Virus record (IMG/VR): IMGVR_UViG_3300044616_001452
Source: a virus
DNA length: 64,000 nt
Strand: one strand, 5' to 3'
How positions within the stretch are numbered: the first letter of the stretch is position 1; each line of letters begins with the position of its first letter. Below are positions 33,582-43,392 of this stretch, piece after piece. Under the pieces are notes generated by a model. It saw only the letters and a list, made by a program, of their open reading frames with translations, ran no database searches and was not told the origin of the DNA. A program made the position numbers and the translations under genes.

Positions 33582-34964
33582 ATGGCAAGTAATCAGATTG
33601 CAGAAAATCCTACTCCACAGTCAGTTGGCACTGGTGTTTTAAATCCAGACCAATTTATTCTGGAAGAATTACTTCTGTATACTGCAAATGATGTAACAGA
33701 TATTAAAAATATGATGGTAGAATTATCATATTATGAAGACATTGTAAATGGCTTTTGTAGTGGCAGTGTTCTTATTAAAGATGCCATTAAAATGATACCA
33801 AACTTAGGCATGTCAGGGTTTGAATACATCAAAGTAAATTTTAGAAAAACACAAAGAAATTCAAATAAATTTGTTTCTGTTAACAAATATTTTAGAATAT
33901 ACAGAGTGAGTGAAAGAGGCATTGTTAATTATGACACAGAATTATACACACTAAATTTTTGTACAGAAGAATTTTTCTTATCACAACAACTAAAAGTAAG
34001 TAAATCCTATCCCGGTAAAAAAATCAGTGATATCGTCACAGATATTCTTTTCAATGAACTACAAATAAAATCCGAATACATCAGAGTGCAGGAAACAAAT
34101 GGGCTTTATGATTTTGTAATACCCTATAAAAATCCATATGAAACAATTAAATGGTTGTCAAATTATGCTAGACCCATTGGAAAAGAAGGCGCCGATTTTC
34201 TCTTTTATGAAAATGCTGACGGAGTAAATTTCTTCTCTCTGCAAACAATTTTTAAACAGCAATCGTATAATAAATTTTCATACATTCCAAGAAATATAGG
34301 CACAGATTATCCTGAAATACAAAGAAATATAACAGGTATAAAATCGTATGTATTTTTAGATACCTTTGATTCTTTATACGGTGTAACGAAAGGTGTTTTT
34401 GCAAATAAATTAATTTCTGTTGATCCTCTGACAGGAACTTGGAGACAAACAGATTTCAATTTGAATGATTATTTAAAAAAGTCTCAAAACTTAAACAATT
34501 ACTCAATTGCACCACAAATAAAAAATAGAAAACGAAAACCTGTATATGAAGAATATTCATCCGTTTTGAAAATTGCTACTGGTAACTCAAGACAAAAATT
34601 TGCACAAGGTATAAATCCTTCTTCAGTTGCTAACGACATATACATTGAAGAATATTTACCAAAAAGAACAGCACAATTACCGCTTTCACATTATTCTAGA
34701 ATTAAATTATCACTTGCTGGTGATCCTAATATAACTGTTGGAATGATTATCGAAGTTTTTTTACCATCAACTGAAAGAGATGGTTTAACAAAAGGTGTGC
34801 TTGATGAATACAATTCTGGAAAATATATGGTTTCGGCTGTGCGTCACATTTTAGATAGCAATCAAAAATATGAAACTGTGGTTGAAGTTGTAAAAGACAC
34901 ATACAACAAAACAGTTAATAATTACAGAACATATAAACAATTAGAAGATGCTATCAGAGGCTAA
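33582..34964 (+). CDS. baseplate hub protein (gp27-like)
   Basis: YEDI....SG, VSKSY, FLFYE, SGKYMVSAVRH; position before gp5. Confidence 0.7.
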   Translation: MASNQIAENPTPQSVGTGVLNPDQFILEELLLYTANDVTDIKNMMVELSYYEDIVNGFCSGSVLIKDAIKMIPNLGMSGFEYIKVNFRKTQRNSNKFVSVNKYFRIYRVSERGIVNYDTELYTLNFCTEEFFLSQQLKVSKSYPGKKISDIVTDILFNELQIKSEYIRVQETNGLYDFVIPYKNPYETIKWLSNYARPIGKEGADFLFYENADGVNFFSLQTIFKQQSYNKFSYIPRNIGTDYPEIQRNITGIKSYVFLDTFDSLYGVTKGVFANKLISVDPLTGTWRQTDFNLNDYLKKSQNLNNYSIAPQIKNRKRKPVYEEYSSVLKIATGNSRQKFAQGINPSSVANDIYIEEYLPKRTAQLPLSHYSRIKLSLAGDPNITVGMIIEVFLPSTERDGLTKGVLDEYNSGKYMVSAVRHILDSNQKYETVVEVVKDTYNKTVNNYRTYKQLEDAIRG

Positions 34965-34967
34965 AAT

Positions 34968-36005
34968 ATGAATACGGAAAATTTTGAAAATGTAATCGGG
35001 CATGATAATTTTGTTTGGTGGATCGGTGTAATTGAAGATCGATTTGATGACCAATTGACTGGTGGCATGAGATATAGGGTGAGGATTTTTAATGCACATA
35101 CTCCTGATCTGAATAAGATACCAACTAAAGATTTACCTTGGGCAATACCACTTTGTTCACCAAATGGTTCTTTCAGTACCTCCGCTGCAAGAGAGGGTGA
35201 TTGGGCATTTGGATTTTATACTGACGGAATGTCAAAACAAGCTCCAGTTGTGATTGGAATATTTCCTAGAATTGTACAACCACAAAACACATCAAATGGT
35301 GGCGCTTTTACAGACCAAGCAAAATTATATAACTCTAACATAACAGAAGATCAAGTAAAGAATACAACACCTGTAAGCCCAAGTTTTGCTCCTGCTACAA
35401 ATCCCAGAAGAATTGGTTTTTCAACGATACCAGCATTAAGTTATACATATACTGGCACAATGGTAGAATATTCCGATAATACTAGAGCACATGTATGTGA
35501 TATAACGAATGAAATTAGACTTAGCGCAGCTATTGAGTTTATTAAAAATTTGGAGATATTCACAACAATTAGAACTGCTCTAGAGGGTGCATCTAATGCG
35601 GCCGCTTCAAGCCCAATAGCAACTCAAATATTGTCTGCAATAAAATGTTTAAGACAATATTTAAAAACAGTCAGAGAGATTATTAAAATTGTTAACGTAG
35701 TTATAAATGAAATAATAGTTGTGTTGAGAATTATAAGAGCAATGATAGCATGGATTTTAAGTTTACCTGCAAGATTAATAGCTTTATTGCAAGCATGTTT
35801 GGCTGAATTGTATGCAGCAGTAGCATCCGCTGTCGGTTCAGCAGTTGGTGACACATCACAAACAGAAGTTGCTCAACAAGTTATTGGGCTTTATCAAGAT
35901 ACAGTTGCAACAGTAGGTGATGCTGTAAATGTTATAGCAGCATCAGAAACAACAATAAATGAAACGAAATCATTAGTAGATCCCAAATCATACGGAAGAC
36001 CTTAA
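34968..36005 (+). CDS. gp5-like N-terminal OB-fold protein with helical C-terminus
   Basis: FVWWIGVIEDR, RVRI..H, LPWA, GFY.DG...Q.PVVIG. Confidence 0.85.
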   Translation: MNTENFENVIGHDNFVWWIGVIEDRFDDQLTGGMRYRVRIFNAHTPDLNKIPTKDLPWAIPLCSPNGSFSTSAAREGDWAFGFYTDGMSKQAPVVIGIFPRIVQPQNTSNGGAFTDQAKLYNSNITEDQVKNTTPVSPSFAPATNPRRIGFSTIPALSYTYTGTMVEYSDNTRAHVCDITNEIRLSAAIEFIKNLEIFTTIRTALEGASNAAASSPIATQILSAIKCLRQYLKTVREIIKIVNVVINEIIVVLRIIRAMIAWILSLPARLIALLQACLAELYAAVASAVGSAVGDTSQTEVAQQVIGLYQDTVATVGDAVNVIAASETTINETKSLVDPKSYGRP

Positions 36006-36007
36006 TT

Positions 36008-36778
36008 ATGACATCCATTAGAAAACAAGAAGAAGATTATTTAAAAACAAATCCAAAACCAGAGCCAGATTTTTCTTGGACAGAACCAGCTTCAGATTGG
36101 GACTCAAAACCACCTCTAAACAAAGTTATCGGTTCCGAATCTGGGCATTCAATAGAATTAGATGATACTCCCGGTGCAGAAAGAGTTCGAATTCAACATC
36201 GAACTGGTTCATTTACAGAAATACAATCAAATGGGCAAGAAATACACAAAATAGTTGGTGATAGTTATGAAATAATTGCTGGAGACAATAATGTTCTGAT
36301 TAAAGGAGTTTGCAATATTACCGTAGAGGGAACTTCTATTTTACATGTCAAAGGTGATGCGTATGCTCAAGTAGATGGCAAATCTTGGATAAAAAACAAA
36401 GGTGACGTTGAAGTTAGCGCAGAAAAAAATGTAGATGTTCGATGTGGAGGTGATATTAATTTATTTGCAGGAGCCATTGATGGTGGAGTTAATATATACT
36501 CTCCTGTTGCAGTAAATATTAATAGTGATTTAAATGTTGCTGGCACTATAACTGCAAAACAATCGATTTCTTCGGTGCAAAATGTCACAGCAGGAATGAA
36601 ATTATTTTCAAATCTTGGAGTTGAAACATTGGGACCAATAACCTCTGCGATCAGTGTTTGGTCACCACTTACTTCTGGGCTTATAGTTACAGATGTGAGA
36701 GGATCAATGGAATTGATAAGAATGATGTACAATATGCATGTACATCCAAGAACTGGAACACCTATACCATTAATGTGA
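36008..36778 (+). CDS. gp5-like C-terminal beta-helix spike with HxH tip
   Basis: SESGH..E.DDTPG.ER...HRTG; VxG repeats; YNMHVHP. Confidence 0.85.
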   Translation: MTSIRKQEEDYLKTNPKPEPDFSWTEPASDWDSKPPLNKVIGSESGHSIELDDTPGAERVRIQHRTGSFTEIQSNGQEIHKIVGDSYEIIAGDNNVLIKGVCNITVEGTSILHVKGDAYAQVDGKSWIKNKGDVEVSAEKNVDVRCGGDINLFAGAIDGGVNIYSPVAVNINSDLNVAGTITAKQSISSVQNVTAGMKLFSNLGVETLGPITSAISVWSPLTSGLIVTDVRGSMELIRMMYNMHVHPRTGTPIPLM

Positions 36779-36785
36779 GGCAAAA

Positions 36786-37610
36786 ATGTCTGGAATATTT
36801 GCAAAACTCGGCTTTAATTTTGACACCAATAGATTCGGTGACGGGCAATATTTAAGCCCGCCAGCAAAAGCATATTTAAATGCAGCACCAATACAACTAA
36901 GCTCATGGCAACAATCAGACATTGCAAATGGTAATGTTCAAACAACTAATTATTTCAAAAATCCTTTGGCAAATGATTTAATTATTTTAACAAATACTAC
37001 GAATTCTATAGTAAATTTTGCAAACACAAAACCATTTGATTTTTCTAATGGTAGTAATTCAACTCTGAAATATTCGTCGAGTGTGTTGGAAACTGAACTA
37101 AAAGCGTTTAAAAGTCATACAGACAACGTTTCGGGTGTAACACTTTTAACATCAAATACTGATACGATTCCAAGTTTCGATAATGCATCATCAATTGGTA
37201 ATTTTTTACTTAGAATTGTCAGCGCAACTGATAATATTCAAAATACCACACCCCTTCTAGGAAGTATGACAAGTTTATTTGTTGGTCCTGAAATAAATGC
37301 AAATGTTATTGTGGTTAACAGTGCCAATACGCTTCTAAATAATTCGGTAGCACCAAATGGAAATTGCTATCTGAGTGAGACACAAATTTTAACTATTAGC
37401 AACTCAATTAATGTTTTGAGCACATTTATAGCATATAGGAGAGTGTCCGATTGGAATTTCTTTGCTAATGCTACAAATATTGTGTTGGATACGATGAAAG
37501 TCAGTTCATTTAATAATCTTGGAAACACTCAATTGTATCTAATTAATAATGTAGTAGGTACGGACACATTAAAGAACAACCTTGCAAACACATCAAATAC
37601 AACAATTTAA
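36786..37610 (+). CDS. hypothetical virion protein (Asn-rich)
   Basis: 274 aa in the late operon. Confidence 0.7.
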   Translation: MSGIFAKLGFNFDTNRFGDGQYLSPPAKAYLNAAPIQLSSWQQSDIANGNVQTTNYFKNPLANDLIILTNTTNSIVNFANTKPFDFSNGSNSTLKYSSSVLETELKAFKSHTDNVSGVTLLTSNTDTIPSFDNASSIGNFLLRIVSATDNIQNTTPLLGSMTSLFVGPEINANVIVVNSANTLLNNSVAPNGNCYLSETQILTISNSINVLSTFIAYRRVSDWNFFANATNIVLDTMKVSSFNNLGNTQLYLINNVVGTDTLKNNLANTSNTTI

Positions 37611-37689
37611 GGAATTTCGAAAATCCTCGTTCCGGCCCAAAAATTTTTTGCGCTGGTCTGCGAGTTCCGAAAAGTCATTTTACTCCTAC

Positions 37690-37697
37690 GATAAATA
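37690..37697 (+). promoter_or_regulatory. late promoter GATAAATA upstream of gene 25
   Basis: One mismatch to consensus, 6 nt before ATG. Confidence 0.6.
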
Positions 37698-37703
37698 ATA
37701 AAA

Positions 37704-38099
37704 ATGGCACAGACACTTAAAAGAAGATACTCGGACATAGACTTCGCGTTCAGAAGAACGCCTGGTAAGAATGATATTGCTTTGAGTTATGATGAAATGG
37801 CTGTCATTAGGGCTGTCAGGTACCTCCTGTTAACGAAAAAATATGAGAGACCCTTTCAGTCAAATATTGGTTCTAGACTTGAGCAAATGCTTTTTGAACC
37901 TATTTCTTTCACTACTGCATCGACAATAAAAACGGAGATAGAGACTACGATTAGAACATATGAACCTAGGGTTACTCTAGCTCAGGTCACCGTGGTTGAA
38001 AACATTGATAATAACGCATATAGTGTCAGTTTGCTTTTTTACATAGGTAATAATGTAGAACCGACTCAGATAAATTTAATTCTTGAGAGGACAAGATAA
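37704..38099 (+). CDS. 25: baseplate wedge gp25-like
   Basis: YSDID, ERPFQ..IGS, YEPRV, LERTR. Confidence 0.95.
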   Translation: MAQTLKRRYSDIDFAFRRTPGKNDIALSYDEMAVIRAVRYLLLTKKYERPFQSNIGSRLEQMLFEPISFTTASTIKTEIETTIRTYEPRVTLAQVTVVENIDNNAYSVSLLFYIGNNVEPTQINLILERTR

Positions 38100-40177
38100 T
38101 GGCATCTGCCAACTCAGGTTTACAAATAACCAATCTAGATTTTGGTGCAATCAAAACAAGTTTAAAATCTTTTTTAAAGCAACAGAACACTCTTCAAGAT
38201 TACGATTTTGACTCATCTGCGCTTTCAATTCTAATAGATTTACTTGCATATAATACACAATACAATGCATATTATTTGAATATGGTTGCAAATGAGATGT
38301 TTTTAGACTCAGCGGTTCAAAGAAATTCAGTAGTTTCTTTGGCAAAATTGTTGAACTACACTCCAACTTCTGCTGTCGCACCAAAAGCCGTAGTAAAATT
38401 AACTGTTAATGAAGTAAATACAGGCTCGTTAACTTTACCAAAATTTACAACATTTATATCAGATTCAGTCGATGGTGTAAACTATAATTTTCTAACAAAA
38501 GACGCCATGACGGTGAATGTTGTATCAAATAAAGCTGAATATGATGATTTGGAAATCTATCAAGGTGTTTCGGCTTCTTATAGTTATACCTATGATGCAT
38601 CTTCAAACCCTCAACAAATATTTGAAATACCAGATACAAATATAGACACAAGCACATTGACTGTATCTGTGCAAGTTTCAACATCAAATGTATATTCAAC
38701 AACATATAATTTAGCAACAGACTATTTTAAATTAACACCAACGAGTGAAGTTTTCTTCTTGCAAGAAGGTATGAATGGCAACTATCAAATATACTTTGGT
38801 GATAATGTACTAGGTAAAAAATTAAACAATAATAATATCGTAAATATTACTTACATAACAACTGATGGAACATCATCAGTAGGTGCAAATAATTTTACAG
38901 TTACAATGAGTATAGGTGGATTTTCAAATACTGTTGTCACACCTATAACAGCGGCGTACAACGGGGCAGAAAGAGAAACGATAGAATCAATTAAATATTC
39001 TGCACCAAAAGCATATGCTGCACAAGGTAGAGCAGTTACAAAAGAAGATTACATTTATTTAATTCAAAACAATACAAATTCAATACCTATTGATTCCGTT
39101 TCAGTATGGGGTGGGGAAGAAAATGATCCTCCGGTCTATGGGCAATTATTTTGCGCAATAAAACCTTCAGGTGCATACTCATTAACACCTACTCAAAAAG
39201 AAAGATTGATTGAAGAAGTAATTAAACCAATCAGTGTTCTTACCGTAACACCAGTCATCGTTGACCCCGATTATAATTACCTTCTCTTAACTACAAAAAT
39301 ACTCTACGATCCAAGAAAAACAACTATAACATCTGGGCAATTAAAGAATCAAGTAATCACGGCAATTTATAATTTTGGTGAAAATACTTTAAATACTTTT
39401 AATTCTACATTTAAATTACCAGAATTGACTACAGCAATACAAACTGTAAATCCTTCCATCATTACAAATGAAACAACAGTTAGAGTACAAAAGAAAATTT
39501 ATCCTTCACTGACAAGTTCTACCACATATTTTTTAAATTTTGGTTTTAAATTAAAAAGAAATTATTTTAACGCAGGTATAACATCTTACCCTGGAATAAC
39601 CGTTCGTGATACAACTTCAAACTCTTTAACAAGATCAAATGTTTTCTTTGAAGAAGTTCCAACACTGACGGGAGGTGTTGCATCTGTAAGCATTGTTAAT
39701 CAAGGATTTGGCTACACAAAAACACCCTCTGTAACTATAACAGGTGATGGTAAAGGTGCAACAGCATATGCAGTATTAGCTGGAACTAGAGTGGTAAATA
39801 TTGTAATAACCAATCCCGGTGGTGGTTATACAGAAGCCATAGTAAAAATTACTCCGGCTGATGGTGATACAATTGGTAGTTTTGCTTCGGCTATTGCAGA
39901 ATTAGAAGGTAAACTAGGAACATTGCGAACATATTATTATGATACAAATAATTTGAAAGTTATATTAAATCCTAGCGCAGGCACCGTAGACTACGATACG
40001 GGATTGGTCGTACTTAACAACTTTTCTCCTGTAGAAATAGATGATCCTCTTGGGCAGTTCACACTATCTGTAGTTCCAGACTCCACAATCATATCCTCTA
40101 CATACAATAAAATAGTTGCATTAGATGAATTTGATACTGGATCAGTTTCAGTAACAGTTAACTCTACGACACAATAA
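38099..40177 (+). CDS. 6: baseplate wedge gp6-like
   Basis: LDF..IK..LK.FL, DYDF, ANEMFLDSA, FGDNVLG, QGRAVT..DY, VWGGE. Confidence 0.95.
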   Translation: MASANSGLQITNLDFGAIKTSLKSFLKQQNTLQDYDFDSSALSILIDLLAYNTQYNAYYLNMVANEMFLDSAVQRNSVVSLAKLLNYTPTSAVAPKAVVKLTVNEVNTGSLTLPKFTTFISDSVDGVNYNFLTKDAMTVNVVSNKAEYDDLEIYQGVSASYSYTYDASSNPQQIFEIPDTNIDTSTLTVSVQVSTSNVYSTTYNLATDYFKLTPTSEVFFLQEGMNGNYQIYFGDNVLGKKLNNNNIVNITYITTDGTSSVGANNFTVTMSIGGFSNTVVTPITAAYNGAERETIESIKYSAPKAYAAQGRAVTKEDYIYLIQNNTNSIPIDSVSVWGGEENDPPVYGQLFCAIKPSGAYSLTPTQKERLIEEVIKPISVLTVTPVIVDPDYNYLLLTTKILYDPRKTTITSGQLKNQVITAIYNFGENTLNTFNSTFKLPELTTAIQTVNPSIITNETTVRVQKKIYPSLTSSTTYFLNFGFKLKRNYFNAGITSYPGITVRDTTSNSLTRSNVFFEEVPTLTGGVASVSIVNQGFGYTKTPSVTITGDGKGATAYAVLAGTRVVNIVITNPGGGYTEAIVKITPADGDTIGSFASAIAELEGKLGTLRTYYYDTNNLKVILNPSAGTVDYDTGLVVLNNFSPVEIDDPLGQFTLSVVPDSTIISSTYNKIVALDEFDTGSVSVTVNSTTQ

Positions 40178-43100
40178 TGACAACAGATTTTGCAAAAAGA
40201 ATATCGCTAAAGGTAGCCGAACAGCTACCTGAATTTATCAGAAGTGAAACGAATTATCAAACATTCGTTGCATTCATTCAAGCTTACTATGAATGGATGG
40301 AAGAATACAATATTGCAAGTGGTAAAGAAGGTGCGATTAGAGGTTCACAGAACTTATTAAACTATAGAAATATTGATTTTATAAATCCGGGAGAAACATA
40401 TAATAAATTTATTGACTACTATGTCAATGACTTTTTACCTAATTTTCCAAAAGATGCATTATCAGATAAAGCAAAACTGGTAAAAATAGCAAAAGAATTA
40501 TATAACAAAAAGGGTACGCCCGCATCATACGAATTTCTATTCAGAGCATTATATAATTCAGATTCAGAAATATTTTTGACAAGAGAAGCGGTTTTCAAAG
40601 CCTCAGATGGTAAATGGTACGTATCGAAAAGTTTACGTCTTGCAAGTAATGATGAGCAATGGTTATCAACGGATAATTTAAGAATCTTTGGTAATACATC
40701 GAAATCATTTGCAACAATTGAAAGAGGGCTATACGTTGGAAATAGAATAGAACTTTACATATCAAACATTCAAAGATTGTTTGAATCGGGAGAATTGGTA
40801 ACAGTGGTCGATCAAAACAATCTCCCACTTTATTTTAAAGACAGTAAAATAGTACCAGAGGGCACCTCAGGTTCAACTACACTAACAGCAAAAATATTAG
40901 GTTCTATTTCATCGGTTAATATTAATCCTCAAAAGCGAGGGCAACTTTATAAAACAGGGGATCCTGTAATTTTTTATGGTGGATTAAATTCTACTGATGG
41001 TGTGGGGGCAATTGCATATGTAAATGAAGTTACATCCGGTTCTATACGAGCAGTTGATGTGATTGATGGTGGCTATGGTTATAGGGAGGACCCTAACACA
41101 TACATAAGATTTATTGGTGGTGGAGGTTCAGGTGCAATAGCAAATGTTACTACTGTAGATCCTGCTGGGCTAATAAATGTTAATTTTATTCCTACAGATT
41201 GGTTAGGTAATTATATGCGTTCAACAAGAATAGGAGGTTCATCACTTGTTGAATTTATCATTCGTGATTATTCTGCTAATGCAACAATAATAACAGGTAA
41301 TGTTGTCAGTACAACAGGTCTATCAACGGGTGACACTCTTAATATTGTAGGATCAAATACAAACTTAAATTTGAATGGTACATATACTGTAACTGTAGCC
41401 AATTCAAATTATTTTTTCATAAACAATTTAAATTCAACACTCACTGGTGTTTGGTCCGGTTTAGCAAATACTGGGCTTGCTTACAAAGGAACTGTAACTA
41501 ACTATGCTTTCTTACCTGCAAATACTGTTGCAACATTATATGCCAATTTAGCAAGCTCACTTTCTTTTGTAACTCTAGAAACTTATCCAATCGATACGAT
41601 AGAAGTTAACAATGGTGGAGGAGGTTTTACTTCTCTACCAACAGTTGAAGCGTTTGCATTATATGATACACTTGATCCAGAACCAAATCAAAATTTAAAA
41701 GTAAAAGGATTATTAGGAAATCTGGGTATTTTAGGTCCAATAGAAATTATTAAACCAGGAATTGGTTATTCAAATGGAGATAAAATAGTATTTACCGGTG
41801 GAACGGGTGTTGGTGCAAATGCAAATGTCACAGTTAATGTTGGAGGTTCAATAACATCGGTAGAATATTCATATTCGAACACAAGTTCACAAACGATAAC
41901 ATATCCAAAAGGTGGATTGGGTTATAGAAAAAGTAATTTACCGACTCTTTCAGTTGTAAAATCAGACGGTACACCAGCAAGCGGTAGTGGAGCCGAATTG
42001 TCCATCTCTGGTATATTAGGTGATAGCGCAGTTCTAGAAGGGACACCTGATGAAAGAGGTATCGGTGCAATTACTTCCTTCTTCATTGAAAATTATGGTG
42101 AAGATTATATTTCAGCACCAAACGTATCGCTTCGTGTTCGTGATATCGTTGTAAAAAATGTTTCTATCAATGACTTGGTTAAAACAGATGAAATTGTTTA
42201 TCAAGGTTCATCTTTACAGTCATCCGTTTTCAGAGCAAACGTGGCATCAATTAATCTTCTTGAATCGGATGGTAATCCCTTAGATTCAAAATATATTTTG
42301 AGAGTGTATAATTATACATCAAATACCAAAACAGACTTACAATTGAAAGTGACGGATAGATTAGAAGGATTACCAAATTTATATTTGGATCTCGTCACCA
42401 GTTATGAGACATTTGATCCATCAGGTTCACACATTTTCAAAAATGGTATACGAACATATGGTAATGGTGCTGCAATAGCAACAGCTAGATTCTTGAACGG
42501 CCTGATTGTCGGGCAAGGGCAATATTTAAATGACGATGGCTTTCCAAGTTCATTCCAAGTTCTAGAAAATGAGGACTATAATAGTTTTTCATATCAATTA
42601 ATTGTAGAAAAATCGTTCAGCGCATACAAAGAAATACTGTACAGTCTACTACATCCATCAGGAACAAAAGTAATACCAATTAATTTACTTAAAGCTAACA
42701 GTAAAATAGACACATCAGAAGAAGTACATTATTCAAATACACATACATTATATTACTATACAGGAAATGCAGGGACAACTGGCAATTTTTATGCATCATT
42801 TGATAAACCAAGTAATAACATTATAAAATTTATCGGGCTTTCAGGTGCAAATTTAAGCAATATAATGCCAGTTGGAACCACAATTTCTTTAACCTCACAA
42901 AATGGACCAAATGTAATATCTGAAATATATTCTGTCAATGATGTAAGTGGTACGGCTGTTATTAAAGATAATGTGTTCTTATCTTTTGCAAATGTTGCTA
43001 CAGCAAACGTTACTGTATCCAATAATAGAATAAATATATTATCATTCACAAATCAATATGATTTAATTAACAATGGTGAATATAGTAACAATCAAAATAA

Positions 43101-43389
43101 ATTATTGGACATTGCATATGCTGGCGACAATGTTTTCGTTTCAAATGGTGTCAGTGAATTTTATGGGCATATTACATATGTTAGCTATGCGAATGGGGTT
43201 ATTTTTGCAAACACAACAATACCATTCTCATCAAATACGGCCAATGTATCGATAAGAAGAAACTTAACCGTAGCAGCAGAAGATGTTCTAATTTATAATT
43301 ATCTTGGTCAGAGTTATGATTCTGAATTGGTAACACAAGGTGGGCAAACACTTATTACGCAGAGTGGTGACACTCTTATCATAGGATAA
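40177..43389 (+). CDS. 7: baseplate wedge gp7-like with inserted beta-rich domains
   Basis: QLPEFI, F..AYYEWME, KGT..S..FLFR.LY, FSY, LLHPSG; position between 6 and 8. Confidence 0.75.
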   Translation: MTTDFAKRISLKVAEQLPEFIRSETNYQTFVAFIQAYYEWMEEYNIASGKEGAIRGSQNLLNYRNIDFINPGETYNKFIDYYVNDFLPNFPKDALSDKAKLVKIAKELYNKKGTPASYEFLFRALYNSDSEIFLTREAVFKASDGKWYVSKSLRLASNDEQWLSTDNLRIFGNTSKSFATIERGLYVGNRIELYISNIQRLFESGELVTVVDQNNLPLYFKDSKIVPEGTSGSTTLTAKILGSISSVNINPQKRGQLYKTGDPVIFYGGLNSTDGVGAIAYVNEVTSGSIRAVDVIDGGYGYREDPNTYIRFIGGGGSGAIANVTTVDPAGLINVNFIPTDWLGNYMRSTRIGGSSLVEFIIRDYSANATIITGNVVSTTGLSTGDTLNIVGSNTNLNLNGTYTVTVANSNYFFINNLNSTLTGVWSGLANTGLAYKGTVTNYAFLPANTVATLYANLASSLSFVTLETYPIDTIEVNNGGGGFTSLPTVEAFALYDTLDPEPNQNLKVKGLLGNLGILGPIEIIKPGIGYSNGDKIVFTGGTGVGANANVTVNVGGSITSVEYSYSNTSSQTITYPKGGLGYRKSNLPTLSVVKSDGTPASGSGAELSISGILGDSAVLEGTPDERGIGAITSFFIENYGEDYISAPNVSLRVRDIVVKNVSINDLVKTDEIVYQGSSLQSSVFRANVASINLLESDGNPLDSKYILRVYNYTSNTKTDLQLKVTDRLEGLPNLYLDLVTSYETFDPSGSHIFKNGIRTYGNGAAIATARFLNGLIVGQGQYLNDDGFPSSFQVLENEDYNSFSYQLIVEKSFSAYKEILYSLLHPSGTKVIPINLLKANSKIDTSEEVHYSNTHTLYYYTGNAGTTGNFYASFDKPSNNIIKFIGLSGANLSNIMPVGTTISLTSQNGPNVISEIYSVNDVSGTAVIKDNVFLSFANVATANVTVSNNRINILSFTNQYDLINNGEYSNNQNKLLDIAYAGDNVFVSNGVSEFYGHITYVSYANGVIFANTTIPFSSNTANVSIRRNLTVAAEDVLIYNYLGQSYDSELVTQGGQTLITQSGDTLIIG

Positions 43390-43392
43390 AAA

